38,336 bases of DNA. Origin: Stramenopiles sp. TOSAG23-3. Lineage: Eukaryota. Position numbers and translations under genes: made by a program. Numbering within the stretch: the first letter of the stretch is position 1; every line of letters begins with the position of its first letter. The notes beneath the pieces are model-generated. The model was given only the letters and a program-made list of their open reading frames with translations, ran no database searches and was not told the DNA's origin. The stretch spans positions 1 through 38,336 of the forward strand of contig LT642187.1 in NCBI GenBank assembly GCA_900128585.1. The letters are read 5' to 3'. Below, piece after piece: positions 11,099 through 21,900 of this stretch.

Positions 11099-11926
11099 CC
11101 GAAACAAAATCAGAAAAGCTGTGAGTAGGAAATGGAATAAACCACCAAATGAATAGAGCTAGAGTCAACGGTCAGTTGCGTTTTTGTTTGTTCTTCTTGT
11201 TTCTTGTCTCGTGGAAATTTTAATTTAATGTATACAATATATAGATAGTCGTCTATAAAAAAAGTAGAAAAAAAGAAGAAGAAGAAAAAAAGAAGAAAAA
11301 AAAGAGAAGAAAAAAAGAGAAGAAAAGAGAAGAGAAGAAAAGATCAAATTGTTGATAGGATATTATATTTCATAACAAAAGTACATTTGTACGTATACTT
11401 AATTCAAATCTCCAATCCACTCGTTTCTTCCTTCCTTTTTTCATTAAGGATATTTATATTTACAACAATATAGATATTGTGTGTAGGTATAAAAGTATAT
11501 TTTGGTTCCAATTTATAATGTATTATCACACGGAAAATAATATAAATATTACAGATACAAAGATACATTCATTACTATTATAATACAGACATTCGTATCA
11601 ATTCATTTATATTCATTACCTTAACTAATGATGGAGATTGTAAAAAAACAACTTTGTTTTTATTATTATTATTATTGTTTTTTTTTCTTCTTTTTTGGTG
11701 GGTGGGTGGTGGAAGAATATTATTTGGAAATTGGAATGTTCACAGAGTCAAAAGAATCCTTTAAGACGATGGAAGGGGAGAGATTAATGAAATTAAAAAC
11801 GTTTATTTTTTGGGTTGTTTTCTTTCCTTTCTTTTATTCTTAAATGTATCTAGATACTTGTTTCGTCTTGAAGTTCGTACAGTTTTTTTTAGATTAGTTT
11901 GGTTCAGGTCAGGTCACTTCATTTTT

Positions 11927-12006
11927 GTGTGTGCGTGCGTCCATCCGTCCGTCCGTCCGTCCGTGATTGACTGAGCAGTAAGTAAAACACCACTCCGCGC
12001 CCTTCC
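11927..12006 (+). repeat. Left arm of a perfect 80-bp inverted repeat (contains (TCCG)n and CA|GTAAGT)
   Basis: Exact reverse complement of 13600-13679, checked base by base. Confidence 0.95.
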
Positions 12007-12400
12007 GTATCCATGGCTTATGTCAAGTGATCCGTGCTTGCGCTCCTTGGAGTGCTACTGTTCACACGGAAAGCTGTTAACGTCGTGGTATATAAAATTT
12101 CCTTAAACGGAGACGTGTATGTTTGTGCGTTCGTTTTGAATGCATATTTATGCGAGGCCCACCCTGGCAACACCAACTTTACTTCCACATGTAAGCATCG
12201 TTATGTTACCAGGTGGCCAACAAATTACATCAATATCAACAATAACATATGCCCTTGCTCCCAAGCACCTCTTCCCCGACCACACCAAGCCAACCGCCCA
12301 ACTAACACAAACCTGAAAACTGTTGAAAACCAAGAGCGCGTGCTTTTTCCCATTTTTTTTTCGTTTGGCATTTTTGTCAAAATAGTACATAATACATAGT

Positions 12401-15400
12401 ATGAATGATGAGTTTCGAAACGATCCTGCCGAAGAGCAGAGACAAGGCTTTCGTGAACCGAATAGCTCCCGAATGCCGCAACAACAGCGAACTGGACAGC
12501 AATTTCAAAACCAAGGGGGGGTGCAGCACCAACAGCACAATCTCAGTCAGCACAAGAGACCTAGCCACAAAACACGGCGCGGCGGGCGGGCATACCAACA
12601 GCGTAAAAACAAAGACGAGAAACGTCGGCATCAACAGCAGAACTACCAGGGGGCGAACCAGGGCCTGCAAAGACAGCAACCCAACCCACGGAACGTACTG
12701 CACCAAGGCGAACAGCCGCCACCGCAGCAGCAAAACACCCAAATGCAACAGCGGCAATTACAACAACAGGAACAGCAGCGCCAACTGCTGCAGCAACAAC
12801 AGCAGCGCCAGATGCAACATCGTCAGATGCAGCAGCAATCCCGGCAGCAGCAGCAGCAGCCTCGGCAGATGCAGCAACAACCGCGCCAGCAACACCCCCA
12901 GAATATGAGAAACGGGAGAAACGTGCCCCCGTCGCAACGGAGGCCTCCTTTTTCTGGACCGTCGACCGCGAGCAACCCTTCTGGTTACAACAGGCTGTCG
13001 GGCGCTCAATCCCAACAAAACAATTTCTCGTTTCCTGGAAACAACCCTGCTGCCCCCGGGAGCAATTTCCCGATGCAAAAAACGAACCAACTTGCACAAG
13101 GGTATGGGCCGCCGGGGGTGCGAGGACAGCAAGTTCCGAACCAGTACAGCAACCCAGCCGTTGCAGCACCCTCCTCGTATGGGGCCCCGAACAATATGCC
13201 CCCCCCCCCCCGCCAGTGGGAAGCAACGGTGCACGGCCTTATCGCGGGACAAACGTACAACAAACGCACGGGATGGGGCAGCAACAACAAATGCAACCAC
13301 GGCAAAATATACAACACATGCAGCCACGGCAAAATATACAACTAATCCAACCGCGGCAAAATATACGACAAATGCAACCGCGGCAAAACATCCAACAAAT
13401 GCAACCACGGCAAGACATCCAACAAATGCAACCACGGCAAGACATCCAACAAATGCAACCACGACAAAAGATACCGCAAATGCCCCAACATGTCCAGGTA
13501 CCGGCGTTTTCAAACACGCAAGCCGACAATATCAACAACCCCGCGTTGGCACCTTCGGTGGTGGCGCTGTTCAACGCGTTCAAAACGGGGGGGGGGGGGG
13601 GAAGGGCGCGGAGTGGTGTTTTACTTACTGCTCAGTCAATCACGGACGGACGGACGGACGGATGGACGCACGCACACACCAGGGTTAGCAAACCAGTCCG
13701 TACCCAACGGTGACCAACGCCAGCAGAATTCCCGAGCGATGGGGCGTCGGCAGCGAAGGCAAAAAGCAGACCAAGTAAACAAGAGAAAACAACAACGTGG
13801 TCCAGCCCTTGCACAGCAGAGTACATGGAGCGCCTATGGGAATGGGCCCCCACAACCCCGGCGCGCCATGGCGCTTAATAACCAACAGAAGTTTAGCGAT
13901 GCTGCGCCCAAGGTGTTTGGGGGGAATGCAGTCGGCAACGATGTTGGTCAAAACTGGGACGCCGCTCCGTCCGCGCACCTGTCACAGTTACCCAGTTTTC
14001 CGCCCCCCCCACCGAACGGTGGTGTTTTCGGGGCCCCTGGCGACAAGAGTGCAAACGATGGCATGAACGAATCCCCACAAGTTCGGGGCGGATTTGGCCT
14101 GTTTGGCGGGAAACGCCTGGGATTCTCGCCCAATGTTAATTTCAACAGCCCCTTCGGCGGGGCAGCCGCGCCACCGGTGCGCACCGAAAGCGTCAGCTCG
14201 CCGTCCACACTGTCGTCCCTGGAAACGAAGCCTAGGAATGGCACAGGCAAGACCGACTCCGTAGATATTACAAGGTCTTTGGTAGAATCGATATGTTTAG
14301 ATGCGATCAGTACGAGTGAGGCGGATTTGCCCGCCCCAAACAAGAAACACACCCCAGGATCGGACGAGAAGAAAACAACCCCTGGGAAACACAAATACCC
14401 TCCCCCCGACCCCCTGCAGAAATACGTCACGCTTAAGGCAACCCCCCCAGCTGCAGGGCCGGAGGACAAAGTCACAGTAGTTTGGGAAATGCCCGAGCAG
14501 TTGGTAGCCCAAAACGATTGGGTAGGGATTTACCGGATACACCAGCGGGCGTTTACGTCATGCATGACGTCCCGGCTCGTGTCTAAAAACGCAAATAGGT
14601 CCAGGAGACAGCGCAAATTCAACGGTGTGTATGACATAGAATACGTCGTCGACGATGACCCAGAGCTCCCCGCGACGAAGATCGTTGGTGGCACCATGGT
14701 GTTTCATGCCCCCCCGGCAATAGGGCGTTATGACTTTCGGCTGTACCAGCAGGCAACTGCCGATAGGCGGGACGCCCTAAAGAAAGACAACAACAACGGC
14801 AAGAAAGGGAAGAAGAGGGACTCGAACGAAGCTGACAAGGAGGCCCTCCCGCTGGTCCGCAGCAACGTTCTTACGGTGGAAGCCCAGGGGCTGGCCTTTG
14901 TTTCATCGCTGCGGTTTTTGAAAAGGCGATTGGAGCAATCCATTGCCAGCAGCAAACCGGGGGAAGTGACGAGGGAGTACTTGGGGTCGCTGAACCAGCT
15001 AGTGCGTCTATTGGAACAGCTAAGAGACGACGGACCAGGGAGACCGCTGACCTATGCCAAAGAACTTTTCCCCTGCGTGACGAGCTGCTGGAACAAGAGC
15101 AAGCTTGTTCCTGAACCGAAACAAACCAACGCCAACGAGGATCCCTACGCGACGCCTCGCAAGCCGAAACAGGGGGACGGCGGGGACGAGGACGAGGAAA
15201 AAGACGCGGCGGCGTTGAAAGCGGAGGCAAAGCGCGAGGCGATTGAACGTGAGCGCTTCTCGTTGCACAAAACGACCCGGGATATTTTGCTCATTTGTAA
15301 AATAAACCCCACGGCGGCGCGGCTCTTCGGCCATAATGGGGGCAGCGCGGAAACGGCGGAGCTCAACAACCACTACCATAAATACTGGAATGACCGAGTA

Positions 15401-16732
15401 GGAACGCTGCTGTTTGCCTCTGATGAGACGCTGGTCAACGAAAAGGGCAGCAGCGCCCGCGACTGGGCGTTCATAGCACCGAGCCGCATTCCGTGGCAGC
15501 GAGTGAGCGATATTTCAACATGTTGCAAGGCAGAGGCGGCCGTGCTAATACCGCCGCCAAGCAACGAGCAGACGCGACTCGAGCTTAGGTCCCGCCTGGA
15601 GAATATCCTCCGCCAGCTTCCATACAAAGGCCTTTCGTTGGGTATTTTTGGATCCTCCCTGAACAATTTTGGGACTGTCAACAGCGACCTAGACATGTGC
15701 CTTCAAGTGAACGCGTCGGAGGGGGAGAACAGCGACCTTGACTCCATTGAGAAACAGCGACGCGTTATCGAGCAGTTAGCAGAACTGCTTCCAAACTTTG
15801 GCATGCGAGATATTGATACCGTTCGCATTACGGCTCGAATACCGATTATTCAATTCGTGGACGAGAAAACTGGGATTGAATGCGACGTCTGCGTCAACAA
15901 CCCGCTGGCACTGCGAAATACGCGGTTGATGCGCTCGTACAGTCTTGCGGACATCCGTGTACGAGAGGTTGCGTACATGATTAAAAAATGGTCGAAGCGC
16001 AGGGATATCAACGATCCAGCCCGCAGTACACTAAGCAGCTACGGGTACATTCTGACCGTGATCAACAGCCTGCAGCACGGGGGGTGGGTTGATCCGAGAA
16101 AGGCTAAGGGAGGGCAGGCGTATTCTCCGCTCCTGAACAACTTGCAGCACTTGCAGAGCTCATACGCCGGGGACGTGCAAGGCAAGAAAAAAGAAAGGCG
16201 AAATTTACCAAGTGTGATGGTCCCCACTACAAAAGGAGATCTGGTCGATTCCTACTTCTTCGACGTGTCCGAAGATGACGATGTCGTTTCCCAAAAGAGC
16301 AAGCTCGAGGCTTTGCACAAACACGCCTCCCGCTGTCAACAGACGGTAGGGCGGTTACTATTGGAGTATTTTTGGCACTTTGCATTCGTGTTTAACTGGC
16401 GGCGCCAAGTCGTCCAGACCCAGGGCAGCAAGTGTGTGCTGAAGCACAGCAAAGCGCGGGATTATGGATGGAAGCGTGATGGGAACTTGAGCATTGAGGA
16501 CCCATTTGAGAAAAACTACAACGTAGCGCATGTTCTGAGGCCTGTGTCTAACAAACGCACCCGCGAGGAGTTCGTGCGGGCTTACTGTATACTGGCGGGA
16601 ATTGGGCAGTATAAAAAAATTAAGCACGGGAAGGCGTTGGAGTTGCTGTTCGAAAAGTACATTGAACCGGTCGAAGAGGAAGAAGAAAACGACGTGACGG
16701 ATGGAGGAAACGCTGAAGAGAAGAAGTGTTAG
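12401..16732 (+). CDS. Cid1/TUT-family non-canonical terminal nucleotidyltransferase with Q-rich N-terminus and SKICH-like domain; frame breaks at a C13 run (13199-13211) and at ~13600-13682 (possible intron)
   Basis: Pol-beta NTase motif IFGSSLNNFG..SDLDMCL, then RIPIIQF, CDVCVNN..ALRNT, IKKWSKRRDIND..TLSSYGY and PAP-associated LSIEDPFE..NV. SKICH-like DWVGIY..GRYDFRLY. The Q-rich ORFs 12401 and 13216 continue in the same style across the homopolymer. An alternative in-frame ATG lies at 13739. Confidence 0.85.
13291..13479 (+). repeat. Coding 27-bp tandem repeat x7 encoding MQPRQ(N/D)IQQ
   Basis: Units start at 13291, 13318, 13345, 13372, 13399, 13426 and 13453. Much of the variation is synonymous in the MQPRQ frame. 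Confidence 0.95.
13600..13679 (-). repeat. Right arm of the 80-bp inverted repeat, preceded by a G15 run and followed by CAG
   Basis: Exact reverse complement of 11927-12006. Confidence 0.95.
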
Positions 16733-17087
16733 TAAAAGGGGGCGAGGATAATTAAATATATTTTTTACTACGTATTTATACTGTCAATGATTCATGTTGT
16801 TTGAAATTAATACTTTGAACATTATATGTATTGAACATAACTTTAGATAGAAAATAATATTATTATTATTTTTTTCTTCTTTTCTCTAACTTCTTCTTCT
16901 CTTCTCTCTCCTCTCTCCTCAATCCTCAAACTATATTATCAGCACAAAAAAACATTTTTTTACAATTCAGGATTTTGAATGAATGTGAATGATCCCCGGT
17001 TTAGTTTATATAGTTTAATCTACTATGAAATTCAAAATATACATGCTTAACATGTGAACTGCTTGTTTTTATTTACGTATATATAAG

Positions 17088-18164
17088 ATGTTGTTTCAAT
17101 ACTATTTTGTGCCATTGTTCTTCGCCCTAGCTTCGTGCGAAGCTGCGTCGTCAAGAATTGTCAGCGGGACTGCCCCATTTCGCTACGAGTACCAGGAAGA
17201 TTATCTGGAAATTCCTGAACAGGTTAAGAACAACCTTCTAAATGGTCATGGGTTAACCAAAGACAAAGATGGCAATGTTTACTTTACGTTCCAACCCATG
17301 AACGTCGCGAGCACGACCCAAGTTTTAGTTCGCTTCAAGAAAGATGGGGGGCAGTACGTTGGAGAAGCGATAGGGGATCCTGCGCTGGCTAGCGGTGTTC
17401 CTCACGGTCTACGAATTGAGCACGGGGCAGACGCGAGCGATACGTTCTTGTATCATGCCAACAATGATGCGACTATTTTTAAGACGACATTGGAAGGGGA
17501 AATCGTTTGGAAACGCAACCTTTCCGCGTGGGAACAAGAACGACCTGATTTCTGGCCATTGAAACCCACGGACTCTGTCGTAATCCCTAATTCAAATATC
17601 CTGTTGGTTGCGGATGGTTATGGATCCGACTACGTACATAGGTTTAACACCCTGACAGGGGCATACATCGAAGGGAAAAGTTTCGGCGGGAAAGGCAACA
17701 GCAGTTCTGACCCGGTTCGGTTCAACACACCGCATGGAATTGCAATCGATGAGGAGAACAAATGGATTGTCGTCAGTGACCGAAGCAATAACAGGATTGT
17801 TTATTTGACCTACGATGGGAAGTACGTAAAATCGCACAAACTTCAAACCGAGGGCTTAAGTCTTCCGTGCAATGAACACTTCCTGGAACACTCCGTTGTT
17901 GGTGCACAGGTTTCCATCGTTCCCTCTTTAGGCGAAACCTACCAGAATATGGTCGCTGGAAGTGCAGGAATCTACGGGCCAGACGGCTTGCTTAGTGTTA
18001 TTGAAGTCGCCAAGCACTTAGGCCATCTTGGCCATCAACACCCCCATGATGCGCTTCTAACCGCAGATGGCGATGCATTCGTTTGCTGTTGGTCTGGACC
18101 ACCCACGAAAGGGTTAGGTCCTGCGAAAGGGACCATTTCCTTTTGGAAACGTTTGCATGATTAA
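17088..18164 (+). CDS. Secreted NHL-repeat six-bladed beta-propeller (peptidyl-alpha-hydroxyglycine lyase-like)
   Basis: Signal peptide plus NGHGL..D.DG, PHGLRI, KTTLEGEIVW, LVADGYGS, FNTPHGIAID, VSDRSNNRI and HPHD motifs. Confidence 0.85.
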   Translation: MLFQYYFVPLFFALASCEAASSRIVSGTAPFRYEYQEDYLEIPEQVKNNLLNGHGLTKDKDGNVYFTFQPMNVASTTQVLVRFKKDGGQYVGEAIGDPALASGVPHGLRIEHGADASDTFLYHANNDATIFKTTLEGEIVWKRNLSAWEQERPDFWPLKPTDSVVIPNSNILLVADGYGSDYVHRFNTLTGAYIEGKSFGGKGNSSSDPVRFNTPHGIAIDEENKWIVVSDRSNNRIVYLTYDGKYVKSHKLQTEGLSLPCNEHFLEHSVVGAQVSIVPSLGETYQNMVAGSAGIYGPDGLLSVIEVAKHLGHLGHQHPHDALLTADGDAFVCCWSGPPTKGLGPAKGTISFWKRLHD

Positions 18165-18969
18165 GAAAGAAACCAAAGAAGTGAGATGGAGAGAATACAA
18201 TTTGACTGATGTTTTTTTTCTTCTTTCTTCTAGTTTGCCTTTCTCCATCGTCAATCACCATCCCCATGCCTTCTTAATGTGCTTTCTTTCTCTGTTAACA
18301 CATTTCCATTTCTTCTTACGTATAATCATAGTAATAATAATAATATTTTATTTTAAATTTATTTAATAATAAATAATAATAATAATATAATATTAATAAT
18401 AAAAAAAGAACAACAATATTATTATATTGTAATAATACTCCATACTCCTCTTCTTCTTCTTCTTCTTTTCTTCTCTCTCTTTTCTTCTTTTATTATTTTC
18501 TACTAATACTACTCTTTCTTCTCTCTTCTTCTTCTCTCTCCTTCTTTCTCCTCCTACTTCTTTTCTTTCTTCTTCTTCTTCTTCTACTAACTACTACTAA
18601 ATAAAACACAAACACATCTCATCATTAATATATTATTGTACTACATAACTCATAACTTCTATCTTAACGATTTACGATTAACAACGAGGACATTTAAATA
18701 GAATAAAGAAGTAACAAGTAACGAAAAGGGATTCACGGGACAAAGAAGCGAAGATAAACACTTTGTTTCTCTTCCAAACGATTGTATGTATGATAGTTAC
18801 GTAGTTGCTTATAACTATTTGTTCCCACCACGTCCCGCCATAGTACCCATGCCACCATGTTACGAGTGAAGTGAGGTACTTTCTGCGTTGGGACACTTTA
18901 TTTCTTTGTGTTTGTTTTGTGTTTGTATAAATACGTTTAATTAGGACTGGGGCTTTTGCGTCTAGCACA

Positions 18970-21900
18970 ATGTCCTCCCTGCTTGTCTCTTCAGCCCACA
19001 GTGACGACGAGGAGGCGAAGATTGACGAGGGTTCACCCGCTTCCCGCGGGTCACACAGCGCTGGTAACTCTGGGCGAAGTACGGGCAGAAGAAAGCGCTT
19101 CACGTTTGACGTGGTTGACTCTGCGTCGAATCGAAAGCTTGCAACGTTGAATCGACGGGCAAGCACGCCGACTCACACAATAACCCATTTCCCGTTTAAA
19201 AAGTTGGGTCAACCAATTGGCCAAGGTCGTTACGGAACTGTACATAAAGTAATTCGAGAGGACACGGGAAAGTTTTTGGCCGCGAAAATTTGCAGCGTAG
19301 AGGAAGTGCGAACCCCCAGCCCCTCAAGCGATCGTAGCAATAGTAAAAACCACCAGATCGTGAGTTCCTTGAAAAAGGAAGTGGCCATATTGTCTCAAAT
19401 TTGTGCATTTTCTGCCGTCGGGGAATCGCCGAGCCACAGAGGGGTTTCGAGCGCCCAAAAAAGGCACGACCATATCATAGAGTTTATTGGGTACGAAAGG
19501 ACGTTTGCGCGCTTTTCCCTGTTTTTTGAATTGATGCCAGGGGGTAGTTTGCGAAATTATTTGAACAAAAACGGCCCTTTAAACCCGGAAACAAAAGGCA
19601 AGAGCTTCATAAAGCAGCTGACGAGTGCAGTCGAATTCCTGCACGATGTTCACAACGTCGTGCACCGGGACATAAAAGCTGCGAACCTCCTACTGGACTT
19701 GCACTTGAAGCATTTAAAAATATGTGACTTTGGAGAAGCCAAACGTTTGCATCAAGATTTGTCTGCACGTTCGGGGCGGTCGCTGAGTGGAAGCCCCTTG
19801 TGGATGGCCCCGGAAGTAATTCGGCAAGAAATCAAGGCTGACGACAATGTGGACGCATTGCCAGAAAACGCAGAGGCGTGGAAACGAGCCGATATTTGGA
19901 GCCTCGGGTGCACGTTGGTCGAGATGCTGACCGGGAAAGCACCGTGGGGCAACATGACCAGCGTCCCTGCAGCATTCTTGCACATTGCTTCGACGAACGA
20001 GGCGCCGCCCTTACCGAACGATTGTCCAGCAACGGCTAAAGCGTTTTTGAACGCATGCTGCGCCACCAATGCATCGGAGCGATTTGCGGCGAGGGAGCTG
20101 AAAGACCACTCCTACATAAAAGACACCACCGGTCACCAGAGGGCATTCGTCGCGCGCCCAACGTCACCGCTATCGATGCATGCCAGCACGGTGGCAGACG
20201 ACGGTGGACCGGTGGGCATCGCTGAACCGGGAACTTTGAAACTGCACGATGCGGCCTCTCTAAAGCTGAGCAAAGCCTCGTTGACAGAACCAGATGACGC
20301 GTTTTCCGTCGAAACCGATGGCGTTGTGACAGCAGGGAACAGTTTAGACCTGGATGCAGATGCCGAAGACGACGAGTACTATTACCTGGAAACGGACGAC
20401 GACGACAGTGCGGACGAATGGGGCGACATGCCGACACCCAGGCCTCTCATCCCGTCCCTTAACAACGCCCATGCCTCCTCGCCGCCCCAGTTTGTCCCAA
20501 CACTTGACATCAGACGAGCCTTGAGTGAGAACGCAAAGGACGAAATAAAAGATCCAAGGGCCCTTAAGGCATCAAAGCGCACGTTGGCCCAGAGTGCATT
20601 TTTGAAGAAAGCGTCCAAGCTCGGGGGTGGTGCCTGGAGAGGTTCCTCCAGGTCACGATCGTCGCCCGACAGCACAACGTCCGCTGCGTTATCGGAAGGT
20701 TCCGTGGCGTCCACTAGTGCAGGAAACAGCCGTGGCTACAGCACGCGGGGCGGCGCGAAAAGCGTTTCCCCCCCAAAGGAGGACGAAGCGGATTATAAGC
20801 TCTTAAAATCTGAGAAGTTCGCCCGGTTGAATATTCGCATTGTAACTCAAGAAGAGGCCCCCGTGGGGAAAGATAGGTCACGACGAAGGTCGGACTCGAA
20901 CGTTTCGTCATGTAGGCTTGACGACGGGTTAGAATTGCAAAGTGATGGCTTGGACGGGGGCCTAAGCGAGGCATCCAACGACAAGGCAAGCCCGGATGAG
21001 AAGGCTAAAACCCTTTCCCCCATGTCATCCAAGCGACGTCGCCACACGTGGGGCACGCATGACGAAGCGATAGAGCAGAACTCGATCAGGCAGATTCGAC
21101 AGGAAGCCCGCCGCGACAGTGGAAACAACATGCGGGTAATGAATTTTAGCAGTGCTTCGGAGCGCGACGAAGCGTACAACAGCGCAAGCGGGGGGTACGG
21201 GAGCGACACATACTACAGCAGCGACGGAGGGTCAAGCTTGTCGTCTGCACGGTCGAGCCACAGCTCGTTCGGGACGCCTCGTGGAAGCATTGTGCACATC
21301 AAACCCGGCGAGTCGACGCTCGGGGTGCCCGTGCTGAGCTTGGACAAAACGCCCCGGTGGTACAACCAGGCCCGGCCCACGAGCCCGGGTCGCATGACAA
21401 CGTCGGGCAGCGACGATGATTCTTTGTTTGGCGCGTTCAGTGCCCGGAGCGTCACCAGCCAAGATGGCAACGAGACCGGGGAGGAGAGCAAACGGCATAG
21501 CATAAACGAGCTGTCGCCTTTGGCCGGGCGTGGGAACGCTCGAACGTTTTTTGATGAAGCGTTAAGCCTCAGGGCGAACACACGGTCGTTGTCGCCACTG
21601 CAAAACAGCACGAAACAATTGACAGGCATGTTGGCAACATCGCCCCCGCACCCAGAAGAGGTCGAAGGCAGCGGGTCTAATAGAGCGTTTCCGGTCGCAA
21701 CCGAAGCAGTATTATACCGCCGTCCAAGCAAGTTCAAAAAGAAAAAGAAGAAGAGTAAGAAGTCAAAGCATTCGAAACAAAAGCGTCAAACGGCGGGCAA
21801 GGCCGTAGCGGTGCGCGAAGATATCGTGCCGAAAAAGTACCAAGATATGCTCACCCTGTGGCTCGCCGCGGCAAGGTATCGACGGTGGGAAACCGACCAC

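Noticed and set aside
13291-13479. 27-bp repeats as a CRISPR array
   Set aside because: The units are contiguous with no unique spacers, vary largely synonymously within a coding frame, and there are no cas genes.
11927-13679. Autonomous DNA transposon bounded by the 80-bp inverted repeat
   Set aside because: There is no transposase inside and no clear target-site duplication; the interior is host gene sequence.
13681-13688. AGGGTTAG as a telomere-like seed next to the inverted repeat
   Set aside because: It is barely more than one unit and lies in coding sequence, so chance is expected.
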